Virus record (IMG/VR): IMGVR_UViG_3300034161_000008
Coordinates: 1-64,000 of that record
Reading direction: 5' to 3' (one strand)
Source: a virus
Lineage: Duplodnaviria; Caudoviricetes
Length of the DNA stretch: 64,000 bases
Position numbers and translations under genes: made by a program. The number at the start of each line of letters is the position of its first letter. The first letter of the stretch is position 1. Below, piece by piece: positions 38,022 through 47,800 of the stretch. The notes under the pieces were generated by a model. That model saw only the letters and a program-made list of their open reading frames with translations. It ran no database searches and was not told the origin of the DNA.

Positions 38022-38432
38022 TTAACGAATGTCGGGGTTGTTGGCACGATCCAGATCAACCATGCGTTGGGTGCGCGCTTGCAGTGCAGCCATCGAATGT
38101 TGTAGATGGTACAGAGCTTCTGCGTTCTCGGCCGAAGCGAACGGACCGGCTTGGAAGTCAGTCAGGCGATCTATACAGACAGCCATCAGAGATTCCATGG
38201 TAATGCCGACCAGATCTTTATCTGGCATTGGGCGTTCATTCTGGAAGATCAACGACAGCTTGGAGAACGACGCACGATAGCCGTCGTCGTCAGCGTTGGC
38301 GGTGTTGAGAGCAGTGTCAAAGCCAGTGATCTGGTAGTGAGTGTGACCACCACCTGCACCTACGACACCCACAGCTTTCACAACAACGTTGGTTTCAGCG
38401 CCTTCAACGTGGTGTACGGTAACTTCTTTCAT
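38022..38432 (-). CDS. tad1: Tad1-family immune-signal sponge protein (anti-Thoeris/anti-CBASS candidate)
   Basis: Start MKEVTV at 38432 (RBS AAGGAAG). GxGGxHxHY loop, IFQ, then IDRLTDFQAGPFASAENAEALYHL, matching the Tad1 hallmark DRLxxFQxGPFxxxENxxAL. Confidence 0.82.
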   Translation of the reverse strand: MKEVTVHHVEGAETNVVVKAVGVVGAGGGHTHYQITGFDTALNTANADDDGYRASFSKLSLIFQNERPMPDKDLVGITMESLMAVCIDRLTDFQAGPFASAENAEALYHLQHSMAALQARTQRMVDLDRANNPDIR

Positions 38433-38560
38433 GAGACTTCCTTTCGTGATTAATCGGAGTACACAAAATCCACCAAACAAATAAAAAAAAAAGAGTGTCG
38501 GGTAGTCCCGGCTTTTATGCCGTCATAGACGGAAGACCGAAGTCTCCCGCCTACTCAGGT

Positions 38561-39289
38561 TTAGCTTTCGTGCGGTGACAGACCGTTAGGACTGTTGTAG
38601 AAGCTGGCGCGACTGGGCAAGAACCGGTAGAACATGTTCTTCTTCTCAACTTGAACCAAACGATTCATGATTGAGGAGTGTATCGGCATCAAGCTTTCGG
38701 CAGCCTGCTGCGAACTGGAGTACAGAAACAATGCCCAGTGGAAAGCATCAACAACGGCTGTGGTCAAACACATCCGAGGCGAACTACCCAAGCCATCTTC
38801 GTAGTCGGTAATTGCCGAAGACATATCGCCAACAGCCGAGATGAAGTGAATCAAGCCATCGAACTGGCTAGGCATCTTTCCAACAGCCATATTGCACTTG
38901 TGGCGGTACATGTACGAAGCCATGTTGCCAACGTTGACATTGTCGGAATGTTCTTTCAGTGTCTCAGCTACGTAACCACCCAGGTTGATTTGCAGGGTGT
39001 TGGCCATTGACATCGCAATGATTACAGCATCAACAACCTTGCGACGAAACTCACGCAGGTTGTCAGCCTGATGCAGCTCCATCAGATTACCGCCGTACTT
39101 GCCCATGTGCAACACGAAGTGCGTCAGCTTCTGAGCCAGTGGCAAGGTGTGGATCTCGTGGTGGAAGTAACGGTCGTGTTGTTCTTGCAACCACTGGACT
39201 TCAAGAACTTTATCAGCGAAGAACTGATTCATTCGTGGAGCCGGAGGAGCAACTTGAATACCACAACCATCAGATGAATCGAGGATCAT
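38561..39289 (-). CDS. All-alpha protein, possibly MazG-like NTP pyrophosphatase fold
   Basis: 242 aa, two similar helical halves (HMGKYGG...VVDAVII and HFISAVGD...VVDAFHW). Family assignment is inference. Confidence 0.45.
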   Translation of the reverse strand: MILDSSDGCGIQVAPPAPRMNQFFADKVLEVQWLQEQHDRYFHHEIHTLPLAQKLTHFVLHMGKYGGNLMELHQADNLREFRRKVVDAVIIAMSMANTLQINLGGYVAETLKEHSDNVNVGNMASYMYRHKCNMAVGKMPSQFDGLIHFISAVGDMSSAITDYEDGLGSSPRMCLTTAVVDAFHWALFLYSSSQQAAESLMPIHSSIMNRLVQVEKKNMFYRFLPSRASFYNSPNGLSPHES

Positions 39290-39555
39290 TCTTCTAACTC
39301 CATCTTTACTTTCTTAACGATTTGGGATACCCGGCCAGGAGACAGCTTAAAGACACTAGCGACGTCTTTAGCTTTAGATCCACCCAGTACGGCGAAGTAG
39401 ATAAACTTGTCGCGAAGTTTTACAACCTCCTCCTGCAATTCTTTAAGCTGCCCAACTTCCGTGTCGGTAAACAATCGTCCTTCATCAAGGCTAGCTTTAG
39501 CTTTATCCAAAGCTCTGCTTGCGTGTTCCAGATGACTCAATGCCAATCTTCCCAT
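39286..39555 (-). CDS. Helix-turn-helix DNA-binding protein
   Basis: C-terminal KAKDVASVFKLSPGRVSQIVKK is a classic HTH of the sigma-4/LuxR-like pattern. Confidence 0.75.
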   Translation of the reverse strand: MGRLALSHLEHASRALDKAKASLDEGRLFTDTEVGQLKELQEEVVKLRDKFIYFAVLGGSKAKDVASVFKLSPGRVSQIVKKVKMELEE

Positions 39556-39572
39556 ACGAAGTCTCCAGAGAT

Positions 39573-39615
39573 AAAAAAAATAGTAACCTAAGATGGGGAG
39601 TTCTTAGGTTACTAC
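39573..39615 (-). terminator. Intrinsic terminator
   Basis: Minus strand TAGTAACCTAAGA-loop-TCTTAGGTTACTA followed by a T tract. Confidence 0.85.
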
Positions 39616-39660
39616 GCTAACAGGCATACGCTGAAAGAAGGAGTGAACAGCGCAGCAGGA

Positions 39661-40023
39661 CTAGCCAAGTGCCCCCAAGTTGAGGTTAACGAAACCGGCG
39701 ACCACACCCGCGACTTCTGATTGAGTCGGTGGGCGGAATCGATCGAATCCTTGAAACTGTTTGTAGCGTAATGCAAAGACTTCACTAAGAGGAAAGCCTC
39801 CGTAGAAATAAGGTTCAGGCTCGTGTGCTTTCCGATGCTTGTAGAAAGGAGAGTACGTTGAGAAACGGTTCCAGCAAGTTGATGCGTCCAAACGGTCTGC
39901 CCATCCTGAGAGCCATTCGTCTATTGCTTTAAGGGGGTCCTGTGTCTCTTGTGGAGAGAAGTGAAGCGGGAATTCCATCCGCGCTATTGGTTTCTCCAGC
40001 AGTTCCTTTATTGTGGCCATCAT
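39661..40023 (-). CDS. Hypothetical protein
   Basis: Likely start MMATIK at about 40023. Confidence 0.55.
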   Translation of the reverse strand: MMATIKELLEKPIARMEFPLHFSPQETQDPLKAIDEWLSGWADRLDASTCWNRFSTYSPFYKHRKAHEPEPYFYGGFPLSEVFALRYKQFQGFDRFRPPTQSEVAGVVAGFVNLNLGALG

Positions 40024-40423
40024 CCGATACCCTAGGAAAGTGTTGGGTGTTCGCTTTTGTGATCTCTCCACAAAGCGTAACTTCAATACCGTGTGCTTCC
40101 AGATATTTCTTCACCACCATTATCAGCAGGTGACGGTGACAGAATTGTCCGGCTCGACAGTAACAGGCGAGTGCAACAGTATCATACCCTTTAAGTTCCT
40201 CCCAACGCCCAGGATTCAATTCCTGAGATTCAGCCATCTTGGCTAGGTAGAGTCTGGTGTATTCCTCCTCAGACATCTTGCCATTTTTGTAATCCCACAC
40301 CTTGCTCATGTCCGGAGCGAAGGCGGCGATCCCACTCTTAGCGGTCGTATCGAGCATCTCAATGCCTAACGACTTACAGAGCCTCCATTGCGCGATCTGA
40401 ACGGTGTAGATCCTAATTGCCAC
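39929..40423 (-). CDS. DUF488-family protein
   Basis: GTG start at 40423 (RBS GGAG). IYTVQ start, LAP-like FAPD, EEEYTRLY and VALACYC-x4-FCHRHLL. Confidence 0.75.
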   Translation of the reverse strand: MAIRIYTVQIAQWRLCKSLGIEMLDTTAKSGIAAFAPDMSKVWDYKNGKMSEEEYTRLYLAKMAESQELNPGRWEELKGYDTVALACYCRAGQFCHRHLLIMVVKKYLEAHGIEVTLCGEITKANTQHFPRVSDDGHNKGTAGETNSADGIPASLLSTRDTGPP

Positions 40424-40582
40424 GCGATGTACTCCTTGCAGCATAAAACGCTGCCAAGCCCCTTGCAGGACCCGGCAGCGTACACAGTGCTCACAACAGC
40501 TCCGTTGAATGTCAATGTTTTCGGCGTACCGAAGTACCCGATGGGCTGACCAGCTCCTGCTCTGTTGCTCGCGAGTGTTTAG

Positions 40583-40762
40583 TTAGACATGGCTGAGGGA
40601 CATTTCAACTTCGTGCTTCCACCACTTCTGCTCACCGTCACGCACAATCGGTTGTACAGAACGAGTGGAAGCCATCATGCTGACGAATACCTCAGCGCCG
40701 CGTTCTTCCAGTGCGGCCAGGACCATGTCCTTGAGCTGGTTGATGTCGATCAACTCGCCCAT
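40583..40762 (-). CDS. Small hypothetical protein missing from the ORF track (59 aa)
   Basis: ATG at 40762, 2 nt after the upstream stop. Reads MGELIDINQLKDMVLAALEERGAEVF...EMSLSHV, with stop at 40583-40585. Confidence 0.68.
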   Translation of the reverse strand: MGELIDINQLKDMVLAALEERGAEVFVSMMASTRSVQPIVRDGEQKWWKHEVEMSLSHV

Positions 40763-40764
40763 TG

Positions 40765-41271
40765 TTACTTGCCAGCCAGCGCTTCCAGCGCCAGTGCCGA
40801 GAGATAGGATTTGACTTTGGTCACTTCGCCACGGTTCTTGGTGCCGTAGATCTGGTGATCGATTTGAACCTGGCCCATCTTGGTGATGGTGCCTTTGGTT
40901 TGCTGATCCGGGAAAGTACGCTCGCGCTCGAAGTTAGCGCGGATGACGTCCTTGCCGATGGTCGGCAGTTGCAGGTTGATCTTTTGCAGCTCTTTGTCGG
41001 CGACGAACGCAGGAACGCCCAGCTCACCAGCAGCTTTACCCATGGCCGGGTACAGGACGCTGTGGAACTTGGCGAAGCCTTCAGCTTGCTCGATGGTCAG
41101 GCCTTCGGGCAGCAGGGAAGCGTACAGCGCAGCGCTGGCAACGTGGTCGCCGCCTTCGATCTTGCCATCGGCCTTGACACCAGCGACGATGCGCTCGGAC
41201 AGTGCGGCAACTTCTGGATTGATCTTGGCCAGGAGGTCAGCTGCTTTCTCAACGGTATTTACTGCGGACAT
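40765..41271 (-). CDS. Conserved, probably highly expressed jumbo-phage protein
   Basis: 168 aa, extreme codon bias, RBS GAAGGAAG. Confidence 0.75.
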   Translation of the reverse strand: MSAVNTVEKAADLLAKINPEVAALSERIVAGVKADGKIEGGDHVASAALYASLLPEGLTIEQAEGFAKFHSVLYPAMGKAAGELGVPAFVADKELQKINLQLPTIGKDVIRANFERERTFPDQQTKGTITKMGQVQIDHQIYGTKNRGEVTKVKSYLSALALEALAGK

Positions 41272-41305
41272 GTGAATCTTCCTTCTTGCGGGTTTTTTGA
41301 GTGAG

Positions 41306-41629
41306 TTAGATTTTTGCTTTCTTCAAAGCGAAGGGCGAGATGAATCGCCCAGGTACTTCGGTACGTTCCAGCGTGTGTGCCTGATGGATCTTGTGGTTGC
41401 CCAAAAGGACGATCAGCGCACCACCGCGTTTGGTGTAAACGACTTCTTCCACAGTCGGATTAGGATGCGGAGGAGAGAGTTCACCAGCCAGATCACCGAT
41501 GGTAAGTTCTGCGACTTTTACCTTTTCGATGCGGGCTTGTTTTGCGAGTGCGACAACGGCTTCGAGATCGTAAAGGGCATCGTTCCAACGAAGCACTTGG
41601 CGACCCTGAGAGTTAATCCGCATGAGCAT
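41306..41629 (-). CDS. Hypothetical protein
   Basis: Start MLMRIN at 41629 (RBS AAGGAAA). Confidence 0.68.
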   Translation of the reverse strand: MLMRINSQGRQVLRWNDALYDLEAVVALAKQARIEKVKVAELTIGDLAGELSPPHPNPTVEEVVYTKRGGALIVLLGNHKIHQAHTLERTEVPGRFISPFALKKAKI

Positions 41630-41686
41630 TGTTTCCTTGTCGTTTTCTATACCAAGACGTAACACCGTTATTTTCTACTCGTGTTA

Positions 41687-41695
41687 GTAATAAGT
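41687..41695 (-). promoter_or_regulatory. Putative phage early-type promoter (ACTTATTAC)
   Basis: Third copy of the 9-mer, upstream of the 41.6-38.0 kb run. Confidence 0.55.
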
Positions 41696-41715
41696 GGCTG
41701 AGATTTATTTGATTG

Positions 41716-41743
41716 CGGCATAAGGGCAGCCCTAAGGCCGCCC
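41716..41743 (-). terminator. Hairpin plus TTATGCCG box
   Basis: Minus strand GGGCGGCC-TTAG-GGCTGCCC-TTATGCCG directly after the protease stop. Confidence 0.7.
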
Positions 41744-41748
41744 CTATG

Positions 41749-42504
41749 TTACCAGCGCAGGAACGCTGGACGTTCAACAGGCTTGTTGGACCAGCCCATC
41801 GAAGCGAACAACTCAGCACCACTGAGGATAACGGACTCTTGAGCGATGCCCGCAACCACACTTTGGCTCTGAGCGCGTTCGATATCGCCGCGAGTAAAGG
41901 TCTGATCGAACTGACCCTCCAGTGCAGGAGACATCCACTTCTCAGCCACCGACAACCCAGGCTCGTTCACGTAGTCCCACGTGACGACAGTCTTGAGGTG
42001 ACGATGTACAATCCCGCCCAGCCGGTGATCGTCTGTGAAGGCCCGGATAGAGAAACAGACGTTCTCGTTAGGGTTCTTCAACGAACGCTCCAGAGCAGCA
42101 CCGTGAGGGCCCGCAGGGAGGATATCGCCGATGATGGCGATGATCGGATTCCCTTTGGCGTCCTTGATGCTGTTGAAGTCCAGCTCCAGGTTCATGATGT
42201 GGTGGGAGACTTTGTCTTCCCAGATCGACATCACGCGGTTAGCGAACTCGTTGCTGGATTGACCCGGCAGCGGTTTCGGGTGGCCGTATTCCCCACGCAG
42301 TGCGCCCTTTGCACAACGACGCATCAGCTGGCTCGAATTCTCGAACAAAGCTTTTGCAGGCTCGTAAGCATAGAACTCACCAGCAGAGTTGAACATGTTC
42401 AGGGCACCGAGCACGACACGGTAGTAGCCTTGCTCGTTTTGCTTGAGGTTACCGACTTTGTTTATACCGGCCAAAGCCGTACAAACGAACTTAATGGAAT
42501 TCAT
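41749..42504 (-). CDS. Prohead (head maturation) protease, phiKZ gp175-like
   Basis: GEYGHP histidine motif and FSIR serine motif, 251 aa, canonical position upstream of the virion RNAP. Confidence 0.85.
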   Translation of the reverse strand: MNSIKFVCTALAGINKVGNLKQNEQGYYRVVLGALNMFNSAGEFYAYEPAKALFENSSQLMRRCAKGALRGEYGHPKPLPGQSSNEFANRVMSIWEDKVSHHIMNLELDFNSIKDAKGNPIIAIIGDILPAGPHGAALERSLKNPNENVCFSIRAFTDDHRLGGIVHRHLKTVVTWDYVNEPGLSVAEKWMSPALEGQFDQTFTRGDIERAQSQSVVAGIAQESVILSGAELFASMGWSNKPVERPAFLRW

Positions 42505-42506
42505 GA

Positions 42507-43232
42507 CTAACGCCTCAATAGCCCCTCGATTCGCTCCACACGCTCGGCAGGTGAGATCAATGCCGACTGAAGTCCATCAGAGAAGTAGCTCCCCATGATT
42601 TTGGTGGTGGTGTCGGTAGCTTGGTAAACCACGCTACGCAACGGGATAAATGCTGGAGGCCGCAGGATAGAATCCGCTTCAGACTTCACAGTCTGGCGGT
42701 AATACTTCGTGCGATCTTTCTGATCACGAGCGACCATCGAAACGATCAACTCAGTAACCTCACGTTGACGACCAACGCTTGCACCAGCGTGGTGACCGGC
42801 TGTCTCAAAGATTTTGCCGAGGTCGTTGTAACTCAAGTACCAAGGCACCCGACCTTTAGCGAAGATCTCGTCGTAAATCTTAAACGTCAGTGTATCCGTT
42901 TTGACGAGATCGATGTTGGAGACAACAGTAGCGCCCGGCTCGAAATAGAACTCGAAGTATTCCTCTTCGTCGATCTTGATTCGCATCGTGGTCGTAGGTT
43001 CGATCCGCATCATGGCATTGACGACCCACACACCGTAGTATTTGTCATCCACTACAATGGCAGCCATCCCCACAATGTTGGTCTCAACCCCAACCTGTGC
43101 CAAGCCACGCTCGGCGTACCGCGAAGGGATATAAATCTTGCACCCCTTCGTGGTCACCAAACGCTTGTCTTCCAACTCTTTCAGAACAGCATGGATCTTC
43201 GGCGCATCACGTGTGAGTGTTCGAGGGTCCAT
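42507..43232 (-). CDS. Virion/head protein (phiKZ gp176-like)
   Basis: 241 aa, synteny between gp177-like and the protease. Confidence 0.7.
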   Translation of the reverse strand: MDPRTLTRDAPKIHAVLKELEDKRLVTTKGCKIYIPSRYAERGLAQVGVETNIVGMAAIVVDDKYYGVWVVNAMMRIEPTTTMRIKIDEEEYFEFYFEPGATVVSNIDLVKTDTLTFKIYDEIFAKGRVPWYLSYNDLGKIFETAGHHAGASVGRQREVTELIVSMVARDQKDRTKYYRQTVKSEADSILRPPAFIPLRSVVYQATDTTTKIMGSYFSDGLQSALISPAERVERIEGLLRR

Positions 43233-43241
43233 GCTTGCTCC

Positions 43242-44657
43242 TTAGACGCCGACTTTGAACTGCTCGGCAACCCACTTGGCCGCGTAACGAGCGGCAGAGA
43301 TTGCAGCAGCTTCGCGGATGTCCAGTTTAGGGTTGGCCACCATCGCAGCATTCACACCATCGAGGATGGCAAATGCAGCAGTGTGTGGGTAACGGGCAGC
43401 ACACACCAGACGCAGGCACAGGCTATCGATGCACTCGATTTCCTGACTACGCACGCCAGACAGCAGTTCTACGAACGTGCTGAACACAGTGGCAGCGTTG
43501 CCGATGTTGGTGGTGTCGGTGTCTTCTTGCAGCTGCTTGTGGAAATGCAGCGACAGGAATTGCTTGACGCGCTCAAACTTGCGGTTGGCTTCAGCCGACG
43601 CAACGTAGGTGGAGTGCTCGTTCCACGCTTTGAGCAGACGACTGGCGTTCTCGTTGATCGAGGCCACCGAACCCAGTACGGGCTTGCTCAGCAAGTTGCC
43701 GTACAGAACTTCGTTGGTGCCGCCTGCTTCAATCCACTGGCGATACACTTCGGAGTTGACAGTGATCGTGCGCTCGGTGTTGGAGCGAACCAGCGCGCCG
43801 TTCTTGACGTCGGTCTCGTAGAGCTCGAGAGCCACAGCCAGCGTACGGGCCGATTGGTTACGGAACTCTACCATCAGAGCCTCGTAAGCTTTCAGACCCA
43901 TCTCGGTGCCTTCCAGGGGCGATGCGCTGTACAGCTTGCGCGCCAGCAGGAAGATGGCAATCGTGCTGTCCAGATCTTTCATCAGATCCGAGAAAGTGAT
44001 CGTGCCAACTTCTTCACCATTCACGCCGTTCTGGAATGCCAGACGCCACAGGTTGAGCAACCAGCCTTCACCTTTGACAGCCAACCATTCGTCGACGTCT
44101 TTGTCCAGACGACCCGAACCAGCCGACATGATCTCGCGCAGCTCAGCCGCAGTTTGATCAGGGCATTTGAAGCCCAGGCGTGGATGGTCGAAAGGAGTTT
44201 CGGCGTACGGACGCACCGCAGTTGCCAGCAGTGGGTTCGAAACCAGCGCAGGCATTTCTTCGATGATCACTTCCATGCCCAGCAACGAGCTCACCGATTG
44301 GTCAGCCAGAGACTGACGCACGGAGTCGGCCAGCGACTGGACGTCTGGAGCCACGACGGTACGGGCAAACACCAAGTGCTCGCGCACGGCGTTGATCACT
44401 ACCGGAACAATTTCGTCCTGACACATGTCGTGCATGGACGCATTGATTTCCGCCATCGGGCAGTTTGCCATGTATTCGATGGCAGTGATGTCCGGTACGT
44501 AGCCAGGCTCGTTGGAGATCAGCATCTCGCCGGGCTGGCGCGAAGCATTAACCAACGCAGCCAGTGGAGTGTTGTCCACAGGACGCAGCACTACGCCGGA
44601 GGCATCCAGCTTTTCTGTAAGAGCGTAGGCGCTCTCGACCGCTTCACGAGTAAGCAT
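43242..44657 (-). CDS. Virion/head protein (phiKZ gp177-like)
   Basis: 471 aa, synteny. Confidence 0.7.
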   Translation of the reverse strand: MLTREAVESAYALTEKLDASGVVLRPVDNTPLAALVNASRQPGEMLISNEPGYVPDITAIEYMANCPMAEINASMHDMCQDEIVPVVINAVREHLVFARTVVAPDVQSLADSVRQSLADQSVSSLLGMEVIIEEMPALVSNPLLATAVRPYAETPFDHPRLGFKCPDQTAAELREIMSAGSGRLDKDVDEWLAVKGEGWLLNLWRLAFQNGVNGEEVGTITFSDLMKDLDSTIAIFLLARKLYSASPLEGTEMGLKAYEALMVEFRNQSARTLAVALELYETDVKNGALVRSNTERTITVNSEVYRQWIEAGGTNEVLYGNLLSKPVLGSVASINENASRLLKAWNEHSTYVASAEANRKFERVKQFLSLHFHKQLQEDTDTTNIGNAATVFSTFVELLSGVRSQEIECIDSLCLRLVCAARYPHTAAFAILDGVNAAMVANPKLDIREAAAISAARYAAKWVAEQFKVGV

Positions 44658-44860
44658 TACTTGCCCCCCAAGTATTTGGCAACGCTGGATTGGAACTCCG
44701 ACTGAGCGAAGTCGTAAATCACCTGACGAGTCAGGGGACTGCCGTTCAGGGTGTCGGCAACTTCGTTACCAACAATCCCTTGGACGATGTGACGCACCAG
44801 CTCGGCTGCGTTCGCCAGCGTTACCAAGGTTGTTTCAGACTGTTTGTTTTGCATGATCAT
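44657..44860 (-). CDS. Small hypothetical protein
   Basis: About 60-67 aa, coupled on both sides. Confidence 0.6.
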   Translation of the reverse strand: MIMQNKQSETTLVTLANAAELVRHIVQGIVGNEVADTLNGSPLTRQVIYDFAQSEFQSSVAKYLGGK

Positions 44861-47800
44861 TTACCCTTGTAGATCTTGGCGGCTTGCTTGCCGATGACAT
44901 CCAACAACGTTGTGGTGGTGCCAATGATTTCTGGGGAGAGTACGATACGGGCAGAGATCGACATGTAACCGAAGATTGCATCGATTGGTGTACCGTCTTC
45001 GGTAGTGGTGTCGTCATCCATCACTCGACCAATTACAGTCTTGAGCTGGTTGCCGAACACGCCTTTGTCACCCACACCCATGGCAACGTCACCCGTGATG
45101 TAAATACGGATAGCCATAGTGTCGAGCATCAGCGGATTACCATCTACACGGAAGCTTTCGTCAACCGAGCCATTCAGCACACGTTTGCCTTGGCTTTTGC
45201 TACGCTGAGCGAGTGCGCGGTCGGCAGAGGATGCGATAGCCTGCAACGACTCCGTCATGTCCTCTTTGTCGCCATGGTAGAACACTTCAATCCGTTCTAC
45301 TGTGCCGTGCGCTTTGGCCGTTGGAGTTTGAGCACCCAGGAGACGCAAGGTATCCAGAGACTCAGCATCAAACAACCCAGTGTTAGCAGTGACAGCGTCC
45401 TCAATAGTACATAAAATATCCTCGCCTTCTACACTTGCCCCCACTTTAACCAGTCGAGCAACAGACTGTTCAAAGTTAACTACGATGGTGCGAACCTTCG
45501 TAATTTTGGTGGTCAACTGAGCAGAGATCCGTTTAGCGATCACCGAGGAGTCTTCCAGGGTATCCGTCGATTCGAAAATCGCCGTGTTCACCATGACGCC
45601 AGCTTTCCACACAACGTTGTTCGGGTCGAGAATGTCTCGCTCGAAGAAGTCGGAGTTATAGCTGAGCACTGCACCCTTCTTGAACTTTGCCCCTACTTTA
45701 AGATCGGTGCGAACCTCGTGAGGAATCACCAACCCCGCAGCATTACCATAACGACGACCCAACTCAATACCACGAGTCTCGCCATCGTTGTACTCCACGA
45801 CGATACCGGTAGGGGTGACGTCGATTACTTTGCCGTCTTTACGCGCAGTGTAAGCGAAGAGATCGCTTGTGCGGTGTGCAAGGACTTGCTCGTAACCAGT
45901 ACGTACAGGCGATGAAACGTAACCCAGACACGCCACGCCATGACTCTGCTGAATAGCCGCAAAGTTAGCACGCTTTGGATCGTCTTGGTCCGTACCTACT
46001 TGCAGCAGACTTGTAGTCGACAGCAAAGCAGTTGCGCCCGTCTTGCCATTCACGTAACGACGCGAAGCACCACGCAAGGACGTGAACTGCGGGTCAGCAC
46101 TTGTTTGAGTGTTGATCGCAACGTCCGAGGAGTCCACGGTCGATTCGGAGATGGTCCCCATGTCGTTCGGGTGATACAGACGAGTCTTCTTCGTCATCGA
46201 GCGGCTGTTACGACCACCCGTACCCGAGTACGTCACTGCTTCCTGTTCCTTGAGGTTCTGGATAGGGTTGATGTCCACTACCAGCGCCACCGAAGGGTCG
46301 GTCGCAATTGCCTTCCAAACTGCGAAAGGGTTGATGTCGATCGGCTGTTTAGCACGACCCGGACGACCAGAGTGGTCACGCAGGCCTTTCACCATCTCGG
46401 CGTAAACAGCACCCGCCACACGTTCGTAACCTTTGATACGCATGAACTCAGAATCAAGTTCATCAGGGTGAGTGTCGGTCATCAGCATTTCAGCCGAACG
46501 CAACAACAGCCCACGGAAATCAGTAGGCTCACCCATTTCGATCAGCAGGTCCCGAGTAATCGGTTCCACGAACATCCGGTACATCAGATCGATCTCACGG
46601 ATCGTACGAGCACCACCACCACCTTGGTCCAGCACCGACAGGTACACGCCCGGTTTGTCAAACTCGTAAACAGAGTATTGACGGATGGCGCGGTGGAACT
46701 CGTTGAAGCCAGCCAGAATCAGCGAAGCGTAACGATCATCTTTCAGGAACACCAGCGTCTCGTCAGCAAACACGATCGAATACTCGTGCTGCTCCATCTG
46801 TACACGCTGACCAGCCGGTACGCGACGAGGCTGAACTTTGAGCAAGCGCAGGAGTTTATCCAGCCCCATTTCGTAGCCCAGGATAATAGCCAGTGGAACC
46901 GTACGACCACGAACCTTGAGCTCGGTGAACTCAACCGGTGCTTTGTGCACGTCCAGCCCGATCAATGTTTCGATAGGGTAGAACTCAACGATTGTGTCGC
47001 CATCGACGATGTACAACTCGCCGCCAGTATCCATCACCAGCATTTGGCCAGTTTTAGGATTCTTGGCACACAACACGACGCCGTCTTTCTCGTACTGTTC
47101 AATCGCAGCTTCGCCATACAGCGTAGCGCGTTTGGTTTGGTCCCACGAGAAGTCAAAGCCCTTGACAGTAAAGCTCTTGAACTGCATCGCGATCGTGGAG
47201 TAGACCTTAGGGCACTCAAAGCGCGGATCGAACACATCAGTCGGTTTGAGGTTGGTGATAGAGTCATCCTCATCATCCAGCCCTTTGGCCATGATCTGGT
47301 TGCACAACCAGTCCTGATAGTTGTTGACCTGCTTAGCCGAGCGCATCACGAACAGCTTGCCGAAGTACGACGTCAGTGCCACTTTGTCAGGGGCAACTTT
47401 ACGAATAGGCATGTCGCCACGCTGTTTACGCAGACGGTACTTGGTGCCGTTGGCAGTGTACGTGCCGTCTTCTTCGAACACCGGGATCTTGAAGCGCCAG
47501 TTACCGGTAGCACCCTCAACAGGTTCCAGCCGAACAGTGAAGCTATCGTACGCACCAGTCACGTCTTCCATACGTTCGACTTGGTAGTCACTAACGATGG
47601 TGCCTGCGTTCTGGAACATCATCACCATGCCCGCGATGTCTTTGGGCAGAACCTGTTGGATGTACTTCTCGTCAAACTCCAACAAGCTCGACTTGAGCAT
47701 CGTTTTGTCAGGCACGGTAGCGATGTCAGGAATCGACGGCGACTCGTGGATCATCAGCACTTCAGGATCGATGTGGATGAACTCAGCCAGCGTACCCTTG

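Noticed and set aside
41306-41629. ParB/sulfiredoxin-like assignment from LIVLLGNHKI
   Set aside because: Only a weak resemblance to DGHHR, and the other motifs are missing.
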